Source: Tubulanus polymorphus (taxonomy: Eukaryota > Animalia > Nemertea). Taken from it: DNA of 64,000 bases. The translations under genes were made by a program, and so were the position numbers. Under the pieces are notes generated by a model that saw nothing but the letters and a program-made list of their open reading frames with translations, was not told the origin of the DNA and did no database searches. Position 1 is the first letter of the stretch. Every line of letters starts with the position of its first letter. Shown here in pieces: positions 24,201 through 39,257 of this stretch. Location: NCBI RefSeq assembly GCF_964204645.1, contig NC_134028.1, positions 8,184,001-8,248,000 on the forward strand, written 5' to 3'.

Positions 24201-27200
24201 TATTCATAAATATTTTTTTCTACACGCAATTTCTAGAAAAATGGGGAAATTTGTACATTATGCGAAGGCGTCATTGCGCAAGTCAAACAAATGTTGCTTG
24301 ATCCAAATGCTAATGTAAGTAATGTAATTAGGTATATGTAGCTCATACCGCCTACAGATTTATTCTTTCTTTTGAAAAAAACTTCTGGGGTATTGTTTGT
24401 ATTTGTTGGGAATAAAGAACCCTGGGGATGTAATTGTGCAGAAAAATGATACACGTATATTTCAATTTCCGGAAAAATAAGCCAAGACTGAATAAGGCCC
24501 CAGTTAGATATAGCCTGCCTGGGATGGCAGTGGCCTAAGGATTTTACCAAAAATCCATACAGTTTGAATATTGATGAATTCGTAATTATGTTTTTATTCA
24601 GGCTCAAGTGAAATCCTTCCTGGATAAAAGCTGTACTCTTTTGCCTGAAGTTGAGTCGCAAAGACAGGTTTGTATTAGGCTGAGTTTTACTGGACACGCA
24701 GATACGACCCATGATCGTAAAACTATCTGCTCTGTGGCCTGGATCGTGTGAAATGAAATGATTGCTAAAGAAATTTAGTGAAATTGCTTCAAATGAATAG
24801 GGAGTTAAAAGTAAATTTCAACGTAAGAAGCTTGTTTAGGAAAATGTCAATACGAGTTTTGGGAAGGTTGAAATGCTGTATTGAAAATAAAAACAGGATT
24901 CACATAATGTTCAAATAATTCTTTCCAGGGTTGAAAAATAAACTGAATAGGCTAGAATAAAATGATATCTTGTTTCTCCGAATCGACCGGGTTATTTTGT
25001 AAACTGCAATGAAATTTTTAACCAGTTCGTTTCTAAAACATCCGGGTCTGTTATGATTAGCTTGATCATGATTTTGAAAAAAGTAATGCACAGGGCCGGG
25101 TAGATAGGTGTTCTACTATTATTAGATATTAGAGGGAAGTTTCCAGTTATCAGGCGCCATTTTGAGGCGGACCCACAGATCCCGCATTGTTGGACAGATT
25201 TTAACATTTTTAAACTATAGCACCTTTAGCGCGATTCAATGTAGTCCATCCCACTTTTGCCTCAAAAATCAAAGTCATGCATCGTTAGAAAGGTGACAAT
25301 TTCTATTTTCTGATGTCAATGTAGAATTTTGACAGAAAATCGACAGTCGACCACTCGCGCGCGCTTTGCGCTTAACTTAACAGGTGACCACGCGCGTTTC
25401 TATGAAGATATTTTTACGTATATTTTTAAACTGTAATGGTATCCGATTGTTGCAGCCGATAAAAATGAAATAAACACCATCAGAAAATAGAGATTGTCAC
25501 CTTTCTAACAATGCATGACTTTAATTTTTTTGCCAAGAGGGGTATAGACTACAATTAATCGCGCTTAAGGTTTTAATGTAAAAAATGTTAAAATCTGTCC
25601 AACAATACGGGACCTGTGGGACCGCCTCAAAATGGCGCCTGGTAAGTGAAAACTTCCCTATCCTGGTAAAGAAATTTAGCTAAGTTATAGTAGTTTGGGG
25701 ATGGTTGAGATGTTAAGATTAAGATTGATTTGACTGTTTTGTCGATTGAATATTTTCAGTGTACGCAAATAGTGAACACGTACAACAATGAAGTGATTCA
25801 GATGATCAAAAGTAAATTGTTACCGTGTCAAATCTGCGCCGCCCTGAAATTGTGCCCGGTAGCAGCTGCTGATGGAAAAACGACACCGAACCGTGAGAGC
25901 AGTCTGAAGTTCACACCTCTGAAAGCGCCCAGTGCTCGGGTATGTCAATTATGAGAAATAGTGTTACTAAGGTTTCATTTATAAGAATTAGCAATCTTTG
26001 CGGACAAGGTTTCCCAGTAAGTCATTGATCCTTGGTAAAATAGTACTCGGGAAATCTCGGTTTTCGAAAACAGGTATGATGGGTTTCTAATGGCACCAAG
26101 AATTATTGATTACAAAAAAATATTTGTTTGAAAATTTTTTTGTTCATACTTTATTAAATAGATTTTATTTCGATGTAATTTTGTTTTCGAGCTAGGGTAC
26201 GATAGCTCTGAGATCTAGGATCTAAGATAGCTCTAAGATCTAGATCGAACCTAGGACTAACCACTTAAATTTAATAAACAGGTGCATTAGCATCATTGTA
26301 TAAAAAGGCTCATTCCCTCGTACTACGTACTTGCTGTTGATTCACGCGAGAAATTCTGAGAGTTTCAAATACAGAATTCGTAGAATATGTAGAATTATAG
26401 AGAGTACGGTATGTAATACGTTCAATCGAAACCTGCCTCAGTCGTATTATTTCGAATATATTTGTTTTCTAATGTGATGACTTTCATCTCTTATTCTGAC
26501 CACTCTTGTCGACCTAGTCATATTTTCTACCACTCTGATTTTTATCTTTCGCACATCAATCCACTCTCCAATGTCAATTTTTTTTTTCCAATAATTATTA
26601 TACCTCATCCAACTCTTCTCTCACTCACTTGACCAGCACTCAACCTCTCGTCTCTCCTTGTCCACTTATTTTGCAACCTCATATAATTACCTACCTTTAT
26701 CCTTTCATTCTCACCCTCTACATTTTCTACCGTTTTCCTCAATACCCCTTGTTTAGGTCAGCCGTCTGTAAAGCCATTCTGAACGTGGCTATAGATTTCG
26801 TCAGCGACAATGCGACCAAGGTAAACAATTCAAAAACTTCCTTCATGTTGTAAATATTAAATGTTTATTATATTTTCAGTGCGACCTGTGCAAAGTTGCA
26901 TTTCAAGTGGCTAAAGTTATGTTCGATGATAAGAAGTCTCAGGTAGACCCGATATCTATGTGCTTGGCATGACTTGTTTCAAAATCGGCTTAAATATTTA
27001 TCTTCTATCGCATTTCTATCGTCTTTTTAACATTTGGCTTTGTGTTTATTTTTAACTAACTTTACTGAACTTCTAATTTGAATTCCTGCATATATCAATA
27101 AATCTTGCACGTAAATCATCTTCTAGGATATTGGTTGTTTGTTTGTTTGTTTGTTTATTCATCATTCATTTAATTTGAAAACTCATTTATGGATTTTATT

Positions 27201-28686
27201 TTTCTTCACTTGCCACTGGTGGAATCCTCAATTGCTGCATTGCCACGTCTTCATTGCGAGATATGTTTTCTATGTCAATTACATATTTCAACAAAATTTA
27301 ACTGACTTTGAAAAAAGATTCTAATACAGCTTGAAAAACTTATTTGCTATATATCTAATACTGTGTTCATTTATTTGAAATAAGGCGGAAATCACTGCTT
27401 TCCTCAAAAAGGAATTGTGCGCAAAACTGGGACCTGAGCAACAAGCGGTAAGTTAAGTGTAGGAATATGATGATGTTTTGTACCCTAAAATTGTTTACGA
27501 TGAGGACTCTTCAGAAGAAAGCATTTTTGCCATTTTCAAACAAAGCCAGTACTTACCAATGCGTGTACATACATCTGCATAGGTCAAAGATCTGCAACTT
27601 ATAAAATAGATTGAAATCGATAACAACTATGGGCTGGAATTTACTCAGTACCGGCATAATCAATTTATTTTCATATTTTTCAGTGCAATTCATTGGTTGA
27701 TAAGAACGGCAATCTGATAATGCAACTTCTCGCCAACAATGTGGTGAGTATTTCGTAATGACTTTAATTCTTTCAGCATCAACTCTTATGGGCGACAATG
27801 GCCGCAGCGTTACCAATATCGGGGTGCACATTTTTCACATATTTCAAACTTAAATATTGGCTTTACCGTAAGGAGATATACTGATATGGCCTGGAATTGG
27901 TTAAGAACTCTTTTCTAAGTTTGATACCAATATTTGTATTGCATTGCTAACGTATGTTTATCCACAAATGATTCCACGAGTGTTTTGTTCAATCACCGAG
28001 CTAGTTTTGGACCGCAAAGTAGAAAATAATGCCATGAAAAATGGCAAGTTTCCAAATTCGATCGGCGTGTTTACGTTTGAGCGGTTCCGCATGATGTTTC
28101 GGAACGTCAATTCAACCAATATGAGTCAATTAAATCAAGAACATATACGATAATGTTTGGTTTTGAAAAAAATGCGAGAATGGCTTGGTAACAACAGATC
28201 ACTCATCTTATGATCATGCAAGATAGACATCGATAGAGTTGATGAAGACCGATCCTCAACGACTGATGGCCATATTGCAAAATACTTTTCTATCTATTTC
28301 AGCATCAGTTTTCAGCACTTTTCAGATAAACCTTTTAATGCATAGGATCCAGTTTCGCAGTTCCGAGTTAAGATTCGAATCAGGAGTTAACTCATCGATA
28401 ATGAACTTATTCTAACTCAGAGTTATAACTCTAACTCACAGCTGCTATGGACTTGGATCCAGGTTCAGGAATTTAAACTCGTAATATGATCTCATGGTTT
28501 TGCTAATTTGACAATTCGACGTTTATTTCAGGATCCGGAACAGATTTGCAAAGCGATCGGTTTTTGCCCCTTCGCGTCGCAGACGGTCATGTCGCAACGA
28601 TCTGCTCAGTGCGTCACCTGCGAATTCGTGACCAAAACCCTCATCGGCATGTTGACGAAAAATGCGTCTGAGGTAATGATAATTAT

Positions 28687-28731
<45 letters not shown>

Positions 28732-31700
28732 CTTCGGGGTTTGGATATTGGATATTGTATTTGATAGATTGAAATTATATGTGTATAGTTCGGATAAGAG
28801 CCCAGGCATTCATAATGAGAATGGCGTTGACTTTATTTATTACCTGAACAACCTACTTGGTTTTTACTCCCTTACGATCTGAGGTCCGTTTCTCACAAAG
28901 TCGTTAAGTTTGCCCCCGAGTTGCGCAGTGCTGACCACAAATGCCGTAGTTTTGGATCCTTGAGGAAGGTCATACATCTGATTTCTGCGTAGTCTGCGTA
29001 ACTGGACCGGGATTTTACCAAATTACGCGGTTACCGAATTAGAAATCGAGCTTAGGAGGTATATACGATAACAAGGTGCTTATAAAAACCACCAAGTTAA
29101 TGGTTTACTTAGATATACAGAGGCGATTTAGAGTCTAAAGTAATTAGGCCTATACGATACATTAGTGATTAGTCATACGGACGCTTCCCGGAAATTGAAA
29201 TTTTCTCCTTTAAAACTCCATATCCAGGAATGACTGATCTGCGGGGACCCTGCATATGAACTTGCTAACTAATCACAGTTAAGTCTAGATTTGATGTTTG
29301 TTTTTTCAGCAACAAATTGTACGCGCTTTGGGTAGCGTGTGTACGTTAATGCCGAAGACAGTGAGAGCTAAGTGTCAATCGTACGTCACCACGTACGCCC
29401 CCGCTCTGATTCAGCTGCTCGCATCGGACAACGACCCGCAACAGATTTGCACGTTCCTCGGAGTTTGCAGCCCGGCGGTGAAAAAACATCAACCGACTAG
29501 GCAACAAACACCCGTGGCTCAGCCGACATGCAACGTTTGCGAACAGGTCATGAAAGAACTCGAAAGCCTTCTACCGACAAATGCAACCGAGGTAAGATGA
29601 AATCTGACCTTTTTTTTAGAAACTTTCGAAATTCAATCGATTTGAATCGGATTTTCTATGGGACTCCATTGAAATCCGTCTTTCAATCTTCATTGAAATC
29701 CACCACGTTATCATATTTATGTGTGTATATACCACTCCAATGTATGTTTATCAACGAAAATTTGCATATAACAACATTCAGCTCTACCCCTTTCTTCAGT
29801 GGGCACTTGATTTTCCAAAAATCCATACAGTTTGAATATTGATGAATTCGTAATTATGTTTTTATTCAGGCTCAAGTGAAATCCTTCCTGGATAAAAGCT
29901 GTACTCTTTTGCCTGAAGTTGAGTCGCAAAGACAGGTTTGTATTAGGCTGAGTTTTACTGGACACGCAGATACGACCCATGATCGTAAAACTATCTGCTC
30001 TGTGGCCTGGATCGTGTGAAATGAAATGATTGCTAAAGAAATTTAGTGAAATTGCTTCAAATGAATAGGGAGTTAAAAGTAAATTTCAACGTAAGAAGCT
30101 TGTTGAGGAAAATGTCAATACGAGTTTTGGGAAAGTTGAAATGCTGTATTGAAAATAAAAACAGGATTCACATAATGTTCAAATAATTCTTTCCAGGGTT
30201 GAAAAATAAACTGAATAGGCTAGAATAAAATGATATCTTGTTTCTCCGAATCGACCGGGTTATTTTGTAAACTGCAATGAAATTTTTAACCAGTTCGTTT
30301 CTAAAACATCCGGGTCTGTTATGATTAGCTTGATCATGATTTTGAAAAAAGTAATGCACAGGGCCGGGTAGATAGGTGTTCTACTATTATTAGATATTAG
30401 AGGGAAGTTTCCAGTTATCAGGCGCCATTTTGAGGCGGACCCACAGATCCCGCATTGTTGGACAGATTTTAACATTTTTAAACTATAGCACCTTTAGCGC
30501 GATTCAATGTAGTCCATCCCACTTTTGCCTCAAAAATCAAAGTCATGCATCGTTAGAAAGGTGACAATTTCTATTTTCTGATGTCAATGTAGAATTTTGA
30601 CAGAAAATCGACAGTCGACCACTCGCGCGCGCTTTGCGCTTAACTTAACAGGTGACCACGCGCGTTTCTATGAAGATATTTTTACGTATATTTTTAAACT
30701 GTAATGGTATCCGATTGTTGCAGCCGATAAAAATGAAATAAACACCATCAGAAAATAGAGATTGTCACCTTTCTAACGATGCATGACTTTAATTTTTTTG
30801 CCAAGAGGGGTATAGACTACAATTAATCGCGCTTAAGGTTTTAATGTAAAAAATGTTAAAATCTGTCCAACAATACGGGACCTGTGGGACCGCCTCAAAA
30901 TGGCGCCTGGTAAGTGAAAACTTCCCTATCCTGGTAAAGAAATTTAGCTAAGTTATAGTAGTTTGGGGATGGTTGAGATGTTAAGATTAAGATTGATTTG
31001 ACTGTTTTGTCGATTGAATATTTTCAGTGTACGCAAATAGTGAACACGTACAACAATGAAGTGATTCAGATGATCAAAAGTAAATTGTTACCGCGTCAAA
31101 TCTGCACCGCCCTGAAATTGTGCCCGGTAGCAGCTGCTGATGGAAAAACGACACCGAACCGTGAGAGCAGTCTGAAGTTCACACCTCTGAAAGCGCCCAG
31201 TGCTCGGGTACGTCAATTATGAGAAATAGTGTTACTAAGGTTTCATTTATAAGAATTAGCAATCTTTGCGGACAAGGTTTCCCAGTAAATCATTGATCCT
31301 TGGTAAAATAGTACTCGGGAAATCTCGGTTTTCGAAAACAGGTATGATGGGTTTCTAAAGGCACCAAGAATTATTGATTACAAAAAAATATTTGTTTGAA
31401 AATTTTTTTGTTCATACTTTATTAAATAGATTTTATTTCGATGTAATTTTGTTTTCGAGCTAGGGTACGATAGCTCTGAGATCTAGGATCTAAGATAGCT
31501 CTAAGATCTAGATCGAACCTAGGACTAACCACTTAAATTTAATAAACAGGTGCATTAGCATCATTGTATAAAGGCTCATTCCCTCGTACTACGTACTTGC
31601 TGTTGATTCACGCGAGAAATTCTGAGAGTTTCTAATACAGAATTCGTAGAATATGTAGAATTATAGAGAGTACGGTATGTAATACGTTCAATCGAAACCT

Positions 31701-33950
31701 GCCTCAGTCGTATTATTTCGAATATATTTGTTTTCTAATGTGATGACTTTCATCTCTTATTCTGACCACTTGTCGACCTAGTCATATTTTCTACCACTCT
31801 GATTTTTATCTTTCGCACATCAATCCACTCTCCAATGTCAATTTTTTTTTTCCAATAATTATTATACCTCATCCAACTCTTCTCTCACTCACTTGACCAG
31901 CACTCAACCTCTCGTCTCTCCTTGTCCACTTATTTTGCAACCTCATATAATTACCTACCTTTATCCTTTCATTCTCACCCTCTACATTTTCTACCGTTTT
32001 CCTCAATACCCCTTGTTTAGGTCAGCCGTCTGTAAAGCCATTCTGAACGTGGCTATAGATTTCGTCAGCGACAATGCGACCAAGGTAAACAATTCAAAAA
32101 CTTCCTTCATGTTGTAAATATTAAATGTTTATTATATTTTCAGTGCGACCTGTGCAAAGTTGCATTTCAAGTGGCTAAAGTTATGTTCGATGATAAGAAG
32201 TCTCAGGTAGACCCGATATCTATGTGCTTGGCATGACTTGTTTCAAAATCGGCTTAAATATTTATCTTCTATCGCATTTCTATCGTCTTTTTAACATTTG
32301 GCTTTGTGTTTATTTTTTACTAACTTTACTGAACTTCTAATTTGAATTCCTGCATATATCAATAAATCTTGCACGTAAATCATCTTCTAGGATATTGGTT
32401 GTTTGTTTGTTTGTTTGTTTATTCATCATTCATTTAATTTGAAAACTCATTTATGGATTTTATTTTTCTTCACTTGCCACTGGTGGAATCCTCAATTGCT
32501 GCATTGCCACGTCTTCATTGCGAGATATGTTTTCTATGTCAATTACATATTTCAACAAAATTTAACTGACTTTGAAAAAAGATTCTAATACAGCTTGAAA
32601 AACTTATTTGCTATATATCTAATACTGTGTTCATTTATTTGAAATAAGGCGGAAATCACTGCTTTCCTCAAAAAGGAATTGTGCGCAAAACTGGGACCTG
32701 AGCAACAAGCGGTAAGTTAAGTGTAGGAATATGATGATGTTTTGTACCCTAAAATTGTTTACGATGAGGACTCTTCAGAAGAAAGCATTTTTGCCATTTT
32801 CAAACAAAGCCAGTACTTACCAATGCGTGTACATACATCTGCATAGGTCAAAGATCTGCAACTTATAAAATAGATTGAAATCGATAACAACTATGGGCTG
32901 GAATTTACTCAGTACCGGCATAATCAATTTATTTTCATATTTTTCAGTGCAATTCATTGGTTGATAAGAACGGCAATCTGATAATGCAACTTCTCGCCAA
33001 CAATGTGGTGAGTATTTCGTAATGACTTTAATTCTTTCAGCGTCAACTCTTATGGGCGACAATGGCCGCAGCGTTACCAATATCGGGGTGCACATTTTTC
33101 ACATATTTCAAACTTAAATATTGGCTTTACCGTAAGGAGATATACTGATATGGCCTGGAATTGGTTAAGAACTCTTTTCTAAGTTTGATACCAATATTTG
33201 TATTGCATTGCTAACGTATGTTTATCCACAAATGATTCCACGAGTGTTTTGTTCAATCACCGAGCTAGTTTTGGACCGCAAAGTAGAAAATAATGCCATG
33301 AAAAATGGCAAGTTTCCAAATTCGATCGGCGTGTTTACGTTTGAGCGGTTCCGCATGATGTTTCGGAACGTCAATTCAACCAATATGAGTCAATTAAATC
33401 AAGAACATATACGATAATGTTTGGTTTTGAAAAAAATGCGAGAATGGCTTGGTAACAACAGATCACTCATCTTATGATCATGCAAGATAGACATCGATAG
33501 AGTTGATGAAGACCGATCCTCAACGACTGATGGCCATATTGCAAAATACTTTTCTATCTATTTCAGCATCAGTTTTCAGCACTTTTCAGATAAACCTTTT
33601 AATGCATAGGATCCAGTTTCGCAGTTCCGAGTTAAGATTCGAATCAGGAGTTAACTCATCGATAATGAACTTATTCTAACTCAGAGTTATAACTCTAACT
33701 CACAGCTGCTATGGACTTGGATCCAGGTTCAGGAATTTAAACTCGTAATATGATCTCATGGTTTTGCTAATTTGACAATTCGACGTTTATTTCAGGATCC
33801 GGAACAGATTTGCAAAGCGATCGGTTTTTGCCCCTTCGCGTCGCAGACGGTCATGTCGCAACGATCTGCTCAGTGCGTCACCTGCGAATTCGTGACCAAA
33901 ACCCTCATCGGCATGTTGACGAAAAATGCGTCTGAGGTAATGATAATTAT

Positions 33951-33983
<33 letters not shown>

Positions 33984-36900
33984 CTTCGGGGTTTGGATAT
34001 TGGATATTGTATTTGATAGATTGAAATTATATGTGTATAGTTCGGATAAGAGCCCAGGCATTCATAATGAGAATGGCGTTGACTTTATTTATTACCTGAA
34101 CAACCTACTTGGTTTTTACTCCCTTACGATCTGAGGTCCGTTTCTCACAAAGTCGTTAAGTTTGCCCCCGAGTTGCGCAGTGCTGACCACAAATGCCGTA
34201 GTTTTGGATCCTTGAGGAAGGTCATACATCTGATTTCTGCGTAGTCTGCGTAACTGGACCGGGATTTTACCAAATTACGCGGTTACCGAATTAGAAATCG
34301 AGCTTAGGAGGTATATACGATAACAAGGTGCTTATAAAAACCACCAAGTTAATGGTTTACTTAGATATACAGAGGCGATTTAGAGTCTAAAGTAATTAGG
34401 CCTATACGATACATTAGTGATTAGTCATACGGACGCTTCCCGGAAATTGAAATTTTCTCCTTTAAAACTCCATATCCAGGAATGACTGATCTGCGGGGAC
34501 CCTGCATATGAACTTGCTAACTAATCACAGTTAAGTCTAGATTTGATGTTTGTTTTTTCAGCAACAAATTGTACGCGCTTTAGGTAGCGTGTGTACGTTA
34601 ATGCCGAAGACAGTGAGAGCTGAGTGTCAATCGTACGTCACCACGTACGCCCCCGCTCTGATTCAGCTGCTCGCATCGGACAACGACCCGCAACAGATTT
34701 GCACGTTCCTCGGAGTTTGCAGCCCGGCGGTGAAAAAACATCAACCGACTAGGCAACAAACACCCGTGGCTCAGCCGACATGCAACGTTTGCGAACAGGT
34801 CATGAAAGAACTCGAAAGCCTTCTACCGACAAATGCAACCGAGGTAAGATGAAATCTGACCTTTTTTTTAGAAACTTTCGAAATTCAATCGATTTGAATC
34901 GGATTTTCTATGGGACTCCATTGAAATCCGTCTTTCAATCTTCATTGAAATCCACCACGTTATCATATTTATGTGTGTATATACCACTCCAATGTATGTT
35001 TATCAACGAAAATTTGCATATAACAACATTCAGCTCTACCCCTTTCTTCAGTAGGCACTTGATTTTCCAAAAATCCATACAGTTTGAATATTGATGAATT
35101 CGTAATTATGTTTTTATTCAGGCTCAAGTGAAATCCTTCCTGGATAAAAGCTGTACTCTTTTGCCTGAAGTTGAGTCGCAAAGACAGGTTTGTATTAGGC
35201 TGAGTTTTACTGGACACGCAGATACGACCCATGATCGTAAAACTATCTGCTCTGTGGCCTGGATCGTGTGAAATGAAATGATTGCTAAAGAAATTTAGTG
35301 AAATTGCTTCAAATGAATAGGGAGTTAAAAGTAAATTTCAACGTAAGAAGCTTGTTGAGGAAAATGTCAATACGAGTTTTGGGAAGGTTGAAATGCTGTA
35401 TTGAAAATAAAAACAGGATTCACATAATGTTCAAATAATTCTTTCCAGGGTTGAAAAATAAACTGAATAGGCTAGAATAAAATGATATCTTGTTTCTCCG
35501 AATCGACCGGGTTATTTTGTAAACTGCAATGAAATTTTTAACCAGTTCGTTTCTAAAACATCCGGGTCTGTTATGATTAGCTTGATCATGATTTTGAAAA
35601 AAGTAATGCACAGGGCCGGGTAGATAGGTGTTCTACTATTATTAGATATTAGAGGGAAGTTTCCAGTTATCAGGCGCCATTTTGAGGCGGACCCACAGAT
35701 CCCGCATTGTTGGACAGATTTTAACATTTTTAAACTATAGCACCTTTAGCGCGATTCAATGTAGTCCATCCCACTTTTGCCTCAAAAATCAAAGTCATGC
35801 ATCGTTAGAAAGGTGACAATTTCTATTTTCTGATGTCAATGTAGAATTTTGACAGAAAATCGACAGTCGACCACTCGCGCGCGCTTTGCGCTTAACTTAA
35901 CAGGTGACCACGCGCGTTTCTATGAAGATATTTTTACGTATATTTTTAAACTGTAATGGTATCCGATTGTTGCAGCCGATAAAAATGAAATAAACACCAT
36001 CAGAAAATAGAGATTGTCACCTTTCTAACGATGCATGACTTTAATTTTTTTGCCAAGAGGGGTATAGACTACAATTAATCGCGCTTAAGGTTTTAATGTA
36101 AAAAATGTTAAAATCTGTCCAACAATACGGGACCTGTGGGACCGCCTCAAAATGGCGCCTGGTAAGTGAAAACTTCCCTATCCTGGTAAAGAAATTTAGC
36201 TAAGTTATAGTAGTTTGGGGATGGTTGAGATGTTAAGATTAAGATTGATTTGACTGTTTTGTCGATTGAATATTTTCAGTGTACGCAAATAGTGAACACG
36301 TACAACAATGAAGTGATTCAGATGATCAAAAGTAAATTGTTACCGCGTCAAATCTGCGCCGCCCTGAAATTGTGCCCGGTAGCAGCTGCTGATGGAAAAA
36401 CGACACCGAACCGTGAGAGCAGTCTGAAGTTCACACCTCTGAAAGCGCCCAGTGCTCGGGTATGTCAATTATGAGAAATAGTGTTACTAAGGTTTCATTT
36501 ATAAGAATTAGCAATCTTTGCGGACAAGGTTTCCCAGTAAATCATTGATCCTTGGTAAAATAGTACTCGGGAAATCTCGGTTTTCGAAAACAGGTATGAT
36601 GGGTTTCTAAAGGCACCAAGAATTATTGATTACAAAAAAATATTTGTTTGAAAATTTTTTTGTTCATACTTTATTAAATAGATTTTATTTCGATGTAATT
36701 TTGTTTTCGAGCTAGGGTACGATAGCTCTGAGATCTAGGATCTAAGATAGCTCTAAGATCTAGATCGAACCTAGGACTAACCACTTAAATTTAATAAACA
36801 GGTGCATTAGCATCATTGTATAAAGGCTCATTCCCTCGTACTACGTACTTGCTGTTGATTCACGCGAGAAATTCTGAGAGTTTCTAATACGGAATTCGTA

Positions 36901-39200
36901 GAATATGTAGAATTATAGAGAGTACGGTATGTAATACGTTCAATCGAAACCTGCCTCAGTCGTATTATTTCGAATATATTTGTTTTCTAATGTGATGACT
37001 TTCATCTCTTATTCTGACCACTTGTCGACCTAGTCATATTTTCTACCACTCTGATTTTTATCTTTCGCACATCAATCCACTCTCCAATGTCAATTTTTTT
37101 TTCCAATAATTATTATACCTCATCCAACTCTTCTCTCACTCACTTGACCAGCACTCAACCTCTCGTCTCTCCTTGTCCACTTAATTTGCAACCTCATATA
37201 ATTACCTACCTTTATCCTTTCATTCTCACCCTCTACATTTTCTACCGTTTTCCTCAATACCCCTTGTTTAGGTCAGCCGTCTGTAAAGCCATTCTGAACG
37301 TGGCTATAGATTTCGTCAGCGACAATGCGACCAAGGTAAACAATTCAAAAACTTCCTTCATGTTGTAAATATTAAATGTTTATTATATTTTCAGTGCGAC
37401 CTGTGCAAATTTGCATTTCAAGTGGCTAAAGTTATGTTCGATAATAAGAAGTCTCAGGTAGACCCGATATCTATGTGCTTGGCATGACTTGTTTCAAAAT
37501 CGGCTTAAATATTTATCTTTTATCGCATTTCTATCGTCTTTTTAACATTTGGCTTTGTGTTTATTTTTTACTAACTTTACTGAACTTCTAATTTGAATTC
37601 CTGCATATATCAATAAATCTTGCACGTAAATCATCGTCTAGGATATTGGTTGTTTGTTTGTTTGTTTGTTTATTCATCATTCATTTAATTTGAAAACTCA
37701 TTTATGGATTTTATTTTTCTTCACTTGCCACTGGTGGAATCCTCAATTGCTGCATTGCCACGTCTTCATTGCGAGATATGTTTTCTATGTCAATTACATA
37801 TTTCAACAAAATTTAACTGACTTTGAAAAAAGATTCTAATACAGCTTGAAAAACTTGTTTGCTATATATCTAATACTGTGTTCATTTATTTGAAATAAGG
37901 CGGAAATCACTGCTTTCCTAAAAAAGGAATTGTGCGCAAAACTGGGACCTGAGCAACAAGCGGTAAGTTAAGTGTAGGAATATGATGATGTTTTGTACCC
38001 TAAAATTGTTTACGATGAGGACTCTTCAGAAGAAAGCATTTTTGCCATTTTCAAACAAAGCCAGTACTTACCAATGCGTGTACATACATCTGCATAGGTC
38101 AAAGATCTGCAACTTATAAAATAGATTGAAATCGATAACAACTATGGGCTGGAATTTACTCAGTACCGGCATAATCAATTTATTTTCATATTTTTCAGTG
38201 CAATTCATTGGTTGATAAGAACGGCAATCTGATAATGCAACTTCTCGCCAATAATGTGGTGAGTATTTCGTAATGACTTTAATTCTTTCAGCATCAACTC
38301 TTATGGGCGACAATGGCCGCAGCGTTACCAATATCGGGGTGCACATTTTTCACATATTTCAAACTTAAATATTGGCTTTACCGTAAGGAGATATACTGAT
38401 ATGGCCTGGAATTGGTTAAGAACTCTTTTCTAAGTTTGATACCAATATTTGTATTGCATTGCTAACGTATGTTTATCCACAAATGATTCCACGAGTGTTT
38501 TGTTCAATCACCGAGCTAGTTTTGGACCGCAAAGTAGAAAATAATGCCATGAAAAATGGCAAGTTTCCAAATTCGATCGGCGTGTTTACGTTTGAGCGGT
38601 TCCGCATGATGTTTCGGAACGTCAATTCAACCAATATGAGTCAATTAAATCAAGAACATATACGATAATGTTTGGTTTTGAAAAAAATGCGAGAATGGCT
38701 TGGTAACAACAGATCACTCATCTTATGATCATGCAAGATAGACATCGATAGAGTTGATGAAGACCGATCCTCAACGACTGATGGCCATATTGCAAAATCT
38801 ATCTATTTCAGCATCAGTTTTCAGCACTTTTCAGATAAACCTTTTAATGCATAGGATCCAGTTTCGCAGTTCCGAGTTAAGATTCGAATCAGGAGTTAAC
38901 TCATCGATAATGAACTTATTCTAACTCAGAGTTATAACTCTAACTCACAGCTGCTATGGACTTGGATCCAGGTTCAGGAATTTAAACTCGTAATATGATC
39001 TCATGGTTTTGCTAATTTGACAATTCGACGTTTATTTCAGGATCCGGAACAGATTTGCAAAGCGATCGGTTTTTGCCCCTTCGCGACGAAACCGTCGCAG
39101 ACGGTCATGTCGCAACGATCTGCTCAGTGCGTCACCTGCGAATTCGTGACCAAAACCCTCATCGGCATGTTGACGAAAAATGCGTCTGAGGTAATGATAA

Positions 39201-39257
<57 letters not shown>

